Made by a program: the position numbers and the translations under genes | The notes under the pieces: model-generated | What the model saw: the letters and a program-made list of their open reading frames with translations, nothing else | Database searches by the model: none | What the model was told of the DNA's origin: nothing | Shown here: positions 47,796 to 56,940 of the stretch, piece after piece | How the letters are laid out: every line of letters starts with the position of its first letter | How positions within the stretch are numbered: position 1 is the first letter of the stretch | DNA from: an uncultured Actinomycetes bacterium | GTDB lineage: Bacteria; Actinomycetota; Thermoleophilia; RBG-16-64-13 | Length of the DNA stretch: 64,000 nt | Direction of reading: 5' to 3' | Assembly: GCA_903873715.1 (NCBI GenBank) | Contig: CAIQPS010000142.1 | Location: 1,693 to 65,692 of the forward strand

Positions 47796-50700
47796 CTATT
47801 CTACCACCAGTCGGCGGCCGTTCACGGTGTCGCAGACATTTTTAATGCCACAACTCGCGCATCCGGGGCCGAACTGCGGGTGGAAGTCTCCCGCCTCGAG
47901 ACCTGAGAGGGCATGTTCCAGCCGTTTTTCGAGCCCGGCAAGGTCCCCCCTCCCATAGTCGAAACCCACCGGTTCGTCCGGTCGCTCCAGAAACAGGAAC
48001 TCCATGCGCACCGCGGATGCCCCCGCCTTGAGGGCTGCCAGACAGTACATCGCGGCCTGCAGGTGGTACGTGGCGGCGGCCTCCTCCGGAGAGCGGCCGT
48101 TCAGAGCGTTCGACTTGTAGTCGGCTATCAGCCAGCGTTCGTCGCTGCGGACGAGCAGGTCGATGACGCCGTTGACGGCGACTCCCCCGTGCACGAAGAA
48201 GAAGGGTGTCTCCTTGGACGCTTGGGCCAGACCGGTCGCGCGGGCCGCATCGGAGGTCCAGAAGGCGGCGGTGAGCGCTGCCGCCCGATCGACCACGCGA
48301 CTCCCTGCCGCCAACCCCTGCTCCCGGGCGATCTCCTGGGCCAGCGCCTTGAGGCCGGCGCCCTCGGGCTCGGGACCGGCAAGATCCAGCCGCCGCAGCA
48401 GGGTATGGACGAGCAGGCCCACCTCGATGCCGCTGTGCAGTTCGTCCCCATCCAGGAGGCCGTCGGCTGCCGGCTCCCCATCGTCCGCCGCACCGTCACC
48501 GTCGGTGGGGAACCCGAGTGCCCGCGCCGGTAGCTCCGGGCCGAGCCCGAGGACCCGCTCCAGGTAGAAGCGTTGCGGGCAGCGATCGTAGGCCGACAGC
48601 GCCGAGAAGCTGACCTGCCGGGCGGCGGGCGGCGAACTCGGGACGTCCAAGAGACACGGGGATGCAGCCACCCTTGCCCGCTCGGACGGCCCGGCGGAGG
48701 CCACGGCCCCGTCATCCGGCCTGCATGCGGCCACGCCCTTGACCACGGCGTGGATATCCTCCAACGGCACCACCTCTCCGGGGAGCGGCGGATGATCCAA
48801 GCCGAGCGCGGTCACGATCGTACCGATACGGGCGGCGTCCGGGTCGTCCTTGGCCTTACGGGAACCGACCAGGACCAACTGGTCCCGAGCCCGGGTCATG
48901 GCCACGTAGAGCAATCGGATGTCCTCGTCTTCGGCGCGACGCTGCTGGTCGGCGATGATGGCTTCGACCGGCCCCCATCCCGGCCTATCCGGGTCGCTCT
49001 TGTCGACGCGCAGCCGCGCTGCCATGGTCCCGTCGCTGCCCACGAGGATCTCGGGAGCCTTGTACGGGTTCGGATCCTTGTGCAGCCCCGCCAAGATGAC
49101 CACGTTGAACTCGAGACCCTTGGCTTGGTGTACCGTCATGATGCGCACCACGTTCTCGCCCTCGGCCAGGCTGGGAGCATTGCCTTCGTCGTCCCCCATG
49201 TCGCTGAGCGACCCGATGAGGGTCACGAAGCCCTTCAGATCGGGGCCTTCGAGGTCCTCGTACTCGGCAGCCATCCTCATGAGCTTGCGCACGTTGGCGA
49301 ACCGGCGCTTGCCGTGCGGCGCCGCAAGCAGGCAGAGATCGTAGTCGCAGGCGGTGACGGCATCGTCGATGAGGCGGGACAGCCCGGGGCGTCCGATCCG
49401 CAACCTCAACCTGTCGAGCCGGTCCTGGAGGCCCTGCAGGCGGGACTCGTCCGCCGTCTCCAACATGCCTGCGAGCGCCCCGTCGCGGACTACGTCCCAC
49501 AATGAGAGCGCGCGGCGGCCGCGCGCGGCGCGGCCGATCTGGTAGAGGCAATCGTCGCTCACCTCCACCAACGGCGACCGAAGGACCGTGAGCAGCGCCA
49601 GGTCGTCGTGCGGGTTGAGCAGCAAGCGGAGCAGGGCCAGGATGTCGGCGATCTCGTCCTGCGAGTAGTAGCCCTTGCCCCGAACCACGTACACCTCGAG
49701 CCCGCGTGCCTGCAGGGCATCCTGGTACTCGTTGACCTGAGTGAGTTGCGGCAGAAGCACCACTATGTCCTGCTTGCTCCAACCACGCTCGTCGACGAGC
49801 CGGCGAGCCGTGTCGGCTACGACATAGGCCTCGGCTTGCTGCTTGGTCAAGAACCCTTCTTCGCCGTCGGGCGCCGCCCGGTCCACCACCAGTATCTCCG
49901 TGGGGCCGGCCGTGCCGCGCGGTTCGTCGCCCGCGGAGCACCCGCCATCCCGCCCGGCCTGCAGCGGGCCGAAGCGGTCCGCGAAGAGAGAGGGCCTGCC
50001 GAACAGGTGGTTGACGAACGCTATCAGTTCGGGACGGCTCCGATAGTTGGTGTCCAACCGGTGCTGCGCGATCCCCCCATCTTCCATGCGCCGCATGAAC
50101 ACCCCGACGTCCGCCCCCCTGAAGCTGTAGATGCTCTGCCGGGCGTCCCCGACCATCAGCTGCTTCTCCGGGCGAAGTCCGTCGATGATGGCGCATTGCA
50201 GTTCGTTGGTGTCCTGGAACTCGTCCACCAGGATGTGCGATGCGATGACCGGGCCCCTCGCTCCTCGGGAGTCGTCCAGCATGAGCTTGGCCCTGACCTC
50301 CAAGTCCGAGAAGTCGAGGACCCCGCGAGCCTGCTTGTGCGATTCGTACAGCTCGTGGAAGACGCTCAGCAACTTGTTGACGACGTCCACCAGCCTGCCA
50401 AGCTCGGTCTGCGCCAGGGTCTGCCGGTAGCGGATGAGCGCGCCTTCCACAGGCTCCAGGTAGGGCTTGGCACTCGGTGTGGACCGGGAAGGGAAGAACT
50501 CTGAAGTCTCGGCCACCCGGCAGTGAGCATCCCCTTCGCGTTCGACCTGCTCGAGCCACAGGCGGCATCTGTTCAGCCGGTCCAGGCTCTTCCGCAGATC
50601 GGACCCTATCTTGGGAACGGCGTTGCCCTGAGCCAGAGCGTGGTCGCAGGCCTCCACGAGCGCTTGCCGGGCGCCGGGATCGGATGGCGCGGCGGTGATC

Positions 50701-51245
50701 TGCACTTCCGGGGACTGGCGGCCAAGGCCGCGCAGCCGGTCGTAGAGCGGCAGCACCAAGTCCTCCATGCCGTCACCCCGGGAGGCCAGCACCTGCAGGT
50801 CCTCCTCCGAAGCCTGTTCGACCACCTTGGCCCACGCTTGGCGCCAGACCTCCTTCTTGATGAGCTGCTCGGCATCGGCCTCGAGCACGCCGAAAGAGGG
50901 GTCGACGCCTGCCTTGAGGGCCTCCGCCGCGAGGAGGCGCCGGCACAGGCCGTGGATCGTGCCGATCGCCGCTACATCGAGCGACCGGGCGAGCTCCGGC
51001 TGCCCGAATCGCACCAACTCCTTGCGGATGCGCTCCGCCAGCTCCGACCCGGCTTTGCGCGTGAACGTGACCGCCGCAAGGTCCTCGAGCTTGAGTCCCA
51101 GGTCGAGAAGGCAGTGCACGAAGTAGGCGACGAGCAGCTTGGTCTTCCCGCTGCCTGCGCCCGCGGCGACGAGAGCCCGGGGGGCCTGCTCGAACAGCAC
51201 CGCGCGCTGCGCGTCGGAAAGGGAGGCTTGATCGCGGTAGTCCAC
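47796..51245 (-). CDS. addA: ATP-dependent helicase/nuclease subunit AddA (RexA): UvrD-like SF1 helicase with C-terminal RecB-family PD-(D/E)xK nuclease
   Basis: Walker [20 protein letters not shown], helicase motifs III-VI, and a C-terminal nuclease motif IDLLVRSDERWLIADYKS. The track ORF (to 51542) was trimmed. The GTG start at about 51245 has an AGGG RBS and lies 8 nt downstream of the addB stop. Confidence 0.8.
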   Translation of the reverse strand: MDYRDQASLSDAQRAVLFEQAPRALVAAGAGSGKTKLLVAYFVHCLLDLGLKLEDLAAVTFTRKAGSELAERIRKELVRFGQPELARSLDVAAIGTIHGLCRRLLAAEALKAGVDPSFGVLEADAEQLIKKEVWRQAWAKVVEQASEEDLQVLASRGDGMEDLVLPLYDRLRGLGRQSPEVQITAAPSDPGARQALVEACDHALAQGNAVPKIGSDLRKSLDRLNRCRLWLEQVEREGDAHCRVAETSEFFPSRSTPSAKPYLEPVEGALIRYRQTLAQTELGRLVDVVNKLLSVFHELYESHKQARGVLDFSDLEVRAKLMLDDSRGARGPVIASHILVDEFQDTNELQCAIIDGLRPEKQLMVGDARQSIYSFRGADVGVFMRRMEDGGIAQHRLDTNYRSRPELIAFVNHLFGRPSLFADRFGPLQAGRDGGCSAGDEPRGTAGPTEILVVDRAAPDGEEGFLTKQQAEAYVVADTARRLVDERGWSKQDIVVLLPQLTQVNEYQDALQARGLEVYVVRGKGYYSQDEIADILALLRLLLNPHDDLALLTVLRSPLVEVSDDCLYQIGRAARGRRALSLWDVVRDGALAGMLETADESRLQGLQDRLDRLRLRIGRPGLSRLIDDAVTACDYDLCLLAAPHGKRRFANVRKLMRMAAEYEDLEGPDLKGFVTLIGSLSDMGDDEGNAPSLAEGENVVRIMTVHQAKGLEFNVVILAGLHKDPNPYKAPEILVGSDGTMAARLRVDKSDPDRPGWGPVEAIIADQQRRAEDEDIRLLYVAMTRARDQLVLVGSRKAKDDPDAARIGTIVTALGLDHPPLPGEVVPLEDIHAVVKGVAACRPDDGAVASAGPSERARVAASPCLLDVPSSPPAARQVSFSALSAYDRCPQRFYLERVLGLGPELPARALGFPTDGDGAADDGEPAADGLLDGDELHSGIEVGLLVHTLLRRLDLAGPEPEGAGLKALAQEIAREQGLAAGSRVVDRAAALTAAFWTSDAARATGLAQASKETPFFFVHGGVAVNGVIDLLVRSDERWLIADYKSNALNGRSPEEAAATYHLQAAMYCLAALKAGASAVRMEFLFLERPDEPVGFDYGRGDLAGLEKRLEHALSGLEAGDFHPQFGPGCASCGIKNVCDTVNGRRLVVE

Positions 51246-51252
51246 GGGGACC

Positions 51253-54246
51253 CTAGCCTCTCCTGGCCCTGCAGACCGGGCCCAATTGGCAGTAGTCCGG
51301 ACATTTGCGCCGGGTCTGCGGCAGGATGTCTCCCCGGCGCATGCCGCCGGCCGCCTGCTTGGCCAATCCCAGCGCACCTTCGAGCATCGCCTGGAAGCCC
51401 TCTTCGTCGGAGGTGGCACAGTCCTTGACCTGCTTGCCCAGCAGGTCCTCCGAGCCGGGAGCGGCCACCCCGGTCCGCTTGCGATCCTTGGCTGAGAGAT
51501 AGACACCACCGACGACCTCGGCATCCGGCCGCTCGGCAGCAAGAGCCAGCATGTACAGAGGGAGTTGCAGGGCCTCCTCGGTGCCTATCTTGTTCTTGCT
51601 CGGTACGCTGCCGCTCTTGTAGTCCACGATGAACAGGTGGTCCCGGGTGGAGTGATCTATCCGGTCCACACGACCCCTGAGGGCCAGCCCACCCACATCG
51701 ACGCCGTCCACCCCGCCCACTGTGGTCTCGGTCTCGAACGGCTGCAAGCTGCTCTCCGCGTCCGCTTCCATGGCCAGGACCTCGCGTACCCAGCCCCTCA
51801 ACTTCCAGCCCATCACCCGGCGCTCGGCGACCGTGCCGGGGCACCGGTCGCTGTTTACGGCAGCATCGACAAGGCCGGCGGCGATGGCCTGCGCCATATC
51901 CAGCTCCGTCCTGCGGAGCGGCAACGCCTCTCTGGACTTGAGTTCCAGGAAGGTGTCCCGCAATACCTGGTGAAGGAGTTCGCCGGTGACCCGATTGTCG
52001 GCCAGGGTCTCCATGTCGTCGGCGCCCACGACCCTCTCGATGAACCAGGAGAACGGGCACTTGAGGTAGCTCTCCAGAGAGGACGGAGAGAACGACCCGG
52101 TGGCTGCCAGCTCGGCCTTCACCGCATCGCTGACGAACCCCGCCGGCGATCCCGAACGCGTCCAGGATGGAGGCGCGAGAGGCGCAGGGCGGCATGAGTC
52201 GTGTGGCTGCAACCCCCCTGCGGCGCAGGCACGAAGGTAGTGCCTCATCGACGGCGCCTCGCCGGCCGGGTAGACCTGGTCGGCCAGCGTCCGGTGGATC
52301 ACGCCGGAGTCCTCGACGCCCAACAGCATCTTCGACCGAGACCAGTAGTAGGACTGCCCGGCGAAGCCTCCCGCGTCATCCGCGTCCCGGGCGCTCAGGA
52401 ACAGGTGCCGCCGGGCCCGGGACAGAGCCCGCACGAACAGCGCTTCCTCGTCGTCCGGCTGCTGGTTGAAGACCTCCCCTCCCAGGTTTTCGAGCCTGGT
52501 TCGCTGGGCCGGTGTGAGTAGACCCGGCCGGTCCCCCCGGCGGGGGAACTCACCCTCGACCAGGCCGAGGATGAACACGGTATCGAAGAGCCGGGCCCGT
52601 GCGCGATGGGCCGTGAGGACCTGCACCGCCCCTTCGGGGGCAGTGGGCGCCCCGGCGACACCGACCCGGGCAAGTGCCGGAAGAAGCACTTCGACTCGAA
52701 GCACGCCCTCCGGCAGGCTACCTTCGGTGCGGAAGGCCGACAACTCCGAGAGGGCGTCCCGCAAGGCGCGCGCCGCCCGGGCGTCGGCGCCCATATCGAG
52801 CGCGGCCGTGCCGGCGCGCTCCGGGCCGCTCGCCGCGCGGGCGAAAGCGGTCAAGCATGCGGAGAGCATCTGTTCGCCCAACCGCTGGGCGGCGTCCAGG
52901 TCGACGGACCGCTCCCCGCCGCGTGTCACGACGACGTCCATGAGCGCCTGCAAGGAGCCCTGGACCAGCGACTCCGCAGACCGGGCCAAAGCCTGCACCC
53001 CGCGGGCGGTGCCGCGGAGGTAGGCCAATTCCACGTCGGCGGCTTGCTCCAACGTCAACAGGCTGAAGGGGCCGCGCAGGTAGTCGGCGACGGCTTCCGC
53101 GTCATCTGCGGCCACGCCCCGCACTCCGGCCAGGAAAGCGTGCCCCAGGCCCGTCTCCCCCAGCGCGACCCGCTCGTCGACCTCGCACGGGATACCGCAC
53201 GAGAGCAGCACGTCCTCGAGCAACCTGCCCCACGTCTTGGTGCTGCGGACGATGACCGCTATCTGGCCGGGTGCCGTGCCGCACCGGATGCGCTCCGCGA
53301 TCTGCTGGGCAGCCAGTTCGGCCTCGTTGCGCTGTCCGGAGGCCAGCAGGAAGCGGACTCCCCCATCCTCCTCGTCCCACGCGACCGGCGCCGGCTCATC
53401 GGGCGATAGGTTCTCGGCGAAGTGTCTTTCCAGATACATGCCCGCCAGTGACGTGTACCGCTCCTCAGACCGCAACACCTCCACCCGGCCGGCGGCCGAT
53501 CTCTCCCAGGCCCGCAACTCTTCCGGGGTGGTGAGACCTGCGTAGCCGATATCTTGAGCGCCGTCCTCCCGGTCTGCGTCCAGCACCAGCAGGATCTCGG
53601 CGTTCCCGGCCAGGGTCTCGAGTAGCTTCCGCTGGGCGAGCGTGAACGAGGTGAAGCCGTAGAACGCCAGCGGACGGCGCCACTCGGACGCAGCACCCAA
53701 AGCCTCGCGCACGGCGTCGGACCGGTCGCAGAGCCCCAACTGGTCCCTGAGAGCGGAGTACCGAGCCAGCAGCCGCTCGATATCGGCCGCGAGAGCCGCG
53801 GAGCCGGCATCGGCAGCCGCCCAGCGCGCCAGCAGCCTCCCGATCTCCTCCAGGCTTCGCCCGCTGTCTCCCAGTTGCTGCAGCAGCGCCGCCGTGACCC
53901 CTGCCATGCCCGGGAACTCGGCCGAGAAGCCCTGGGCCCGAGGCGGCTCCTCCCGCAGCAGGTGACTGACCAGTAGCGTGCGCTCGAAGTCCCCGATGTA
54001 GCGTGGCGCCCTTCCGAGCAGCAGGCGCACCAAGCCGTCGAACGTGACCGCGGGCGACTGGCCGATGAGCGCTCCCTTGCGCTCGGCCATCTCCGCCGAC
54101 AGGGAACGAGCGTCCGGGCTCGTGGGGACCACGATGAGCGGCTGCAGTCCGAGCCGCGACTCCCACCACTGCAGCACCCGGCCCAGCTTGCCGGAATTAG
54201 CATGGCCCAGGATGAGTGTGAGACCTATGACGGGGACGTCGTCCAT
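51253..54246 (-). CDS. addB: ATP-dependent helicase/nuclease subunit AddB (RexB): degenerate helicase-like N-domain plus C-terminal RecB-like nuclease with Fe-S cysteines
   Basis: N-terminal Walker A only (GHANSGKL). C-terminal nuclease motif HLFIVDYKSG. There are four Cys (CPFSW...CPDYCQLGPVC) in the pattern of the AddB iron-sulfur staple. It lies upstream of addA, as in the Bacillus addB-addA operon. The start was chosen at the second ATG (MDDVPV...), because the first ATG of the track ORF overlaps a putative -10 hexamer. Confidence 0.8.
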   Translation of the reverse strand: MDDVPVIGLTLILGHANSGKLGRVLQWWESRLGLQPLIVVPTSPDARSLSAEMAERKGALIGQSPAVTFDGLVRLLLGRAPRYIGDFERTLLVSHLLREEPPRAQGFSAEFPGMAGVTAALLQQLGDSGRSLEEIGRLLARWAAADAGSAALAADIERLLARYSALRDQLGLCDRSDAVREALGAASEWRRPLAFYGFTSFTLAQRKLLETLAGNAEILLVLDADREDGAQDIGYAGLTTPEELRAWERSAAGRVEVLRSEERYTSLAGMYLERHFAENLSPDEPAPVAWDEEDGGVRFLLASGQRNEAELAAQQIAERIRCGTAPGQIAVIVRSTKTWGRLLEDVLLSCGIPCEVDERVALGETGLGHAFLAGVRGVAADDAEAVADYLRGPFSLLTLEQAADVELAYLRGTARGVQALARSAESLVQGSLQALMDVVVTRGGERSVDLDAAQRLGEQMLSACLTAFARAASGPERAGTAALDMGADARAARALRDALSELSAFRTEGSLPEGVLRVEVLLPALARVGVAGAPTAPEGAVQVLTAHRARARLFDTVFILGLVEGEFPRRGDRPGLLTPAQRTRLENLGGEVFNQQPDDEEALFVRALSRARRHLFLSARDADDAGGFAGQSYYWSRSKMLLGVEDSGVIHRTLADQVYPAGEAPSMRHYLRACAAGGLQPHDSCRPAPLAPPSWTRSGSPAGFVSDAVKAELAATGSFSPSSLESYLKCPFSWFIERVVGADDMETLADNRVTGELLHQVLRDTFLELKSREALPLRRTELDMAQAIAAGLVDAAVNSDRCPGTVAERRVMGWKLRGWVREVLAMEADAESSLQPFETETTVGGVDGVDVGGLALRGRVDRIDHSTRDHLFIVDYKSGSVPSKNKIGTEEALQLPLYMLALAAERPDAEVVGGVYLSAKDRKRTGVAAPGSEDLLGKQVKDCATSDEEGFQAMLEGALGLAKQAAGGMRRGDILPQTRRKCPDYCQLGPVCRARRG

Positions 54247-54254
54247 CTCCCACA

Positions 54255-54276
54255 TTGTAAAGGCGCCGCCGGACAG
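54255..54276 (-). promoter_or_regulatory. Putative PafBC-dependent (RecA-NDp-like) promoter driving a leaderless addB transcript
   Basis: The minus strand reads TGTCCGGC-ggcgcctt(8 nt)-TACAAT-gtgggag-ATG. This is a TGTC-containing upstream element at the 8-nt spacing reported for the mycobacterial RecA-NDp motif (tgtcRgtg-N8-TAnnnT), then a -10 hexamer 7 nt from the start codon. It is in the 50-nt divergent region shared with the WYL regulator gene. The consensus is quoted from memory. Confidence 0.35.
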
Positions 54277-54305
54277 GAACAGCCAGCGTGCGATAGTCTT
54301 AGCGC

Positions 54306-56447
54306 ATGAGCCGGGACAAAGAAAAACTCATACGGCAACTCTCCCTCCTCTCGTTCCTCCTCAGCAAGCCCCGCCCGTTCACGGCGCAGGAGATCCAGGA
54401 GTCGGTCGAGGGCTATTGGGGGATGACCGACGACACGTTCACCCGGCGCTTCAACGGGGACCGGCACGACCTCGGCAAGGTGGGCATCGAGATACGGGTG
54501 CTCACGGGCTCCGATGCGGCCGATGTGGGCGAACAGCAGCTCTACCTGCTTCGCCAGGACGATTTCCGGCTGCCGGAGATCGACCTGACCCCCGAAGAAC
54601 TGACCGCGCTTTCCATGGCCCTCGCCGCGCTGGATGGGCGCTTCGCCTACGCGCGGCCGCTGCGCCTGGCCCTCACCGCCATCTGCCACGGCCGCCAGGA
54701 CGCCCTGGAGGAACAGTTCGGCCTGCTGCCGGTGGCCCTCGCGCCCGACGAGGACGCCCGCAGGGCGGGCAAGCAGCTGGCTCGGCTCGAGGACGCGGTC
54801 GCCCGCGGGCGCACGGTCACCTTCTCATACCCCGTGAGCGAGCAAGATGCCTCACTCATGGACCGCACGCTCGACCCGTACAACCTCTTCTTCATAGACG
54901 GCCACTGGTACGTGGTGGGCCGGGACCATCTGCGCGACGCCATCCGCACCTTCCGGGTCACCAGGATCAACGGGCCCGTGAAGTTCGTGACCGAGAAGAA
55001 CCGCGACTTCAACCGGCCGGCAGACTACGACCCCGCTGCCTACGGTGCGCGGCCGCCCTGGCTTCTCGGCCCGGTGCGCGGGACCGCCACCATCAGCGTG
55101 GGTGACGACATGGCCTGGTACGTGGAGCGGCTCGCCCCCCACGTACACGCCCTCCCCGGCGGCGACGACACCTGCACCCTCTTCGAGATGCCCTATGCCG
55201 ACGCCGGGCTGCTCCTCTCCTGGGTGGCAGGGCTCGGGAGTTGCGGCGAGCTCCTCGCCCCCACGCAGCTTCGTGACGAGCTGATAGACGGGCTACGCAA
55301 AGCGGCCGAAGCTCATACCGGCCCGGCGGACGACCCCGCTGCCCCCGGATCCCGGGAGGCGGCGGCCGCCTCGGGAGCGCCCAAGCCGGCCCCGAGACGG
55401 GGCTCCGCCGCCGCGCGCAAAGCCGCGGCCGACGACGAGGACGGCGAGCCCATCGCCGTGGAACACCTGGCGCGCGCGGTCGCTTTACTCCACTACCTGG
55501 TGGAACCGGAGCGGCCGGAGCTCGTTCCGTGGAAGGTCATCGAACGGGACCTCGGCCTCACCCGGGCCGAGCTCGAGGAAGACCTTCGCCTGGTCAACAT
55601 GGTGAACTTCGGGGGCGGCACCTACGCCTTGTTCGCGGAAGCTGAGCCCAAGGGCATCCGCGTGACCCGCGACGTCATGGCCGACACCTTCGCCCGTCCC
55701 GCCCGGCTCTCCCCTCTCATGGCCCGGGCGCTCTTGCTCGCCCTGGACCTGCTGGGCGACGCCTTCACCGCGCCGGGGCTGAAGTCGCTCACGCCGGTGC
55801 GCGAGAAGATCCAGGCCGTCGTCGGGGCCTCCCCGGAGGACGGTTCCGTCGTGGTGGACCAATTGCTGGCCCCGGCCCACGAGATCACCGCCGCCATCCG
55901 CCGGGGCATCCACGACCGCCGGGTGGTCGAGCTCGAATACCTCACCAAGGGCAGGCTCGAAGTCTCCACAAGGCAGGTGGAGCCCTACCTCCTCTTCCGT
56001 GGCCAGGAAGCCTGGTACCTGGAGGCGTTCTGCCTGAGCGCGCAAGCCGAACGGACCTTCAAGCTCGAGCGGATACGCTCCGCCCGGGTCCTCGACGAGA
56101 CCTACACGCCCCGCCCCGAGGTTGACCTGACGTCGCGCCGGAGCGGCCAGGCCTTCATCCCCGGCGACGTGGCCTCGTGGGCGACGGTGCGCTTCCAGCC
56201 CCGCTGGCTGCGCCACCTGCAGGACCGGGGCACAGACTTCTTCGCCCTGCCGGACGGCCGGCTGGAGGCACGCATCCCGTACGCCGACGAGGGCTGGATG
56301 GCCTACGACGTCCTGCGCTTCCTCGGTGAGGCGGTCCTGGAGAGCCCGCAGTCGGCGCGCGACCGCATCAAGGAACTGGCGGCCGCCTTGCACGCTCGCT
56401 ACGAGAGCGGGACACCGGCGCAGGCATCCACAGGAGACACACCGTGA
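54306..56447 (+). CDS. pafBC: Naturally fused tandem HTH-WYL-WCX regulator (PafBC-like DNA-damage-response activator)
   Basis: 713 aa made of two consecutive repeats. Each has an N-terminal winged HTH, a WYL domain (first RTVTFSYPVS...NLFFIDGHWYVVGRDHLRDAIRTFRVTRI, second RRVVELEYLTKGRLEVSTRQVEPYLLFRGQEAWYLEAFCLSAQAERTFKLERI), and a C-terminal extension. This is the architecture of PafB+PafC, which occur as a single fused polypeptide in some Actinobacteria. Confidence 0.75.
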   Translation: MSRDKEKLIRQLSLLSFLLSKPRPFTAQEIQESVEGYWGMTDDTFTRRFNGDRHDLGKVGIEIRVLTGSDAADVGEQQLYLLRQDDFRLPEIDLTPEELTALSMALAALDGRFAYARPLRLALTAICHGRQDALEEQFGLLPVALAPDEDARRAGKQLARLEDAVARGRTVTFSYPVSEQDASLMDRTLDPYNLFFIDGHWYVVGRDHLRDAIRTFRVTRINGPVKFVTEKNRDFNRPADYDPAAYGARPPWLLGPVRGTATISVGDDMAWYVERLAPHVHALPGGDDTCTLFEMPYADAGLLLSWVAGLGSCGELLAPTQLRDELIDGLRKAAEAHTGPADDPAAPGSREAAAASGAPKPAPRRGSAAARKAAADDEDGEPIAVEHLARAVALLHYLVEPERPELVPWKVIERDLGLTRAELEEDLRLVNMVNFGGGTYALFAEAEPKGIRVTRDVMADTFARPARLSPLMARALLLALDLLGDAFTAPGLKSLTPVREKIQAVVGASPEDGSVVVDQLLAPAHEITAAIRRGIHDRRVVELEYLTKGRLEVSTRQVEPYLLFRGQEAWYLEAFCLSAQAERTFKLERIRSARVLDETYTPRPEVDLTSRRSGQAFIPGDVASWATVRFQPRWLRHLQDRGTDFFALPDGRLEARIPYADEGWMAYDVLRFLGEAVLESPQSARDRIKELAAALHARYESGTPAQASTGDTP

Positions 56448-56920
56448 GGTTCTGGCTCCGCTGGGCGGCGAACAGCGTCGCCGTCTTCCTGGCTCTATAT
56501 CTGGTCGATTCGCTGCTCCACGAGCGGTTCCGTTTCACGGCGACGTGGGCGGCGGTCATCGCGGCCATCGTCTTGGCTTTCGTCGACAGCTTCGTCAAAC
56601 CGCTGCACCGGGCCCGCAGCAAGCCCGGCCGGGCGGCACTGGCGGCGGCGCTCAACGTCCTGGTCGACGCGCTCATCCTCCAGTTGTTCGTCTGGGTGGG
56701 TGCAGGCCTCACCACCCTCGGCTTCCTCTGGGTGCTGTTGGCAGCCGCCTTCGCGACCCTGGTCGCCGGGCTCATCAACTCCCAGGTGGGCTTCACGGCT
56801 TCAGGCAAGCGCCGCCCCGGATCGGGCGGGCGAGAGCGGGCGGGATCGGGCCGCGAAGGGCGCAGACAGGCTACGGATGAGCCGAAACCGGTGCGTACCG
56901 AGCGGAAGCGCCTGACCTAG
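56444..56920 (+). CDS. Small membrane protein of the YvlD/DUF360 (phage-holin-4_2-like) family with basic C-terminal tail
   Basis: GTG start overlapping the pafBC stop (GTGA). There are four hydrophobic segments (WAANSVAVFLALYLV, WAAVIAAIVLAFV, AALNVLVDALILQLFVWV, LGFLWVLLAAAFATLVAGLI). The C-terminus is Arg/Gly-rich. Confidence 0.6.
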   Translation: MRFWLRWAANSVAVFLALYLVDSLLHERFRFTATWAAVIAAIVLAFVDSFVKPLHRARSKPGRAALAAALNVLVDALILQLFVWVGAGLTTLGFLWVLLAAAFATLVAGLINSQVGFTASGKRRPGSGGRERAGSGREGRRQATDEPKPVRTERKRLT

Positions 56921-56940
56921 GAGACCGGGCTTGCGGCCCG

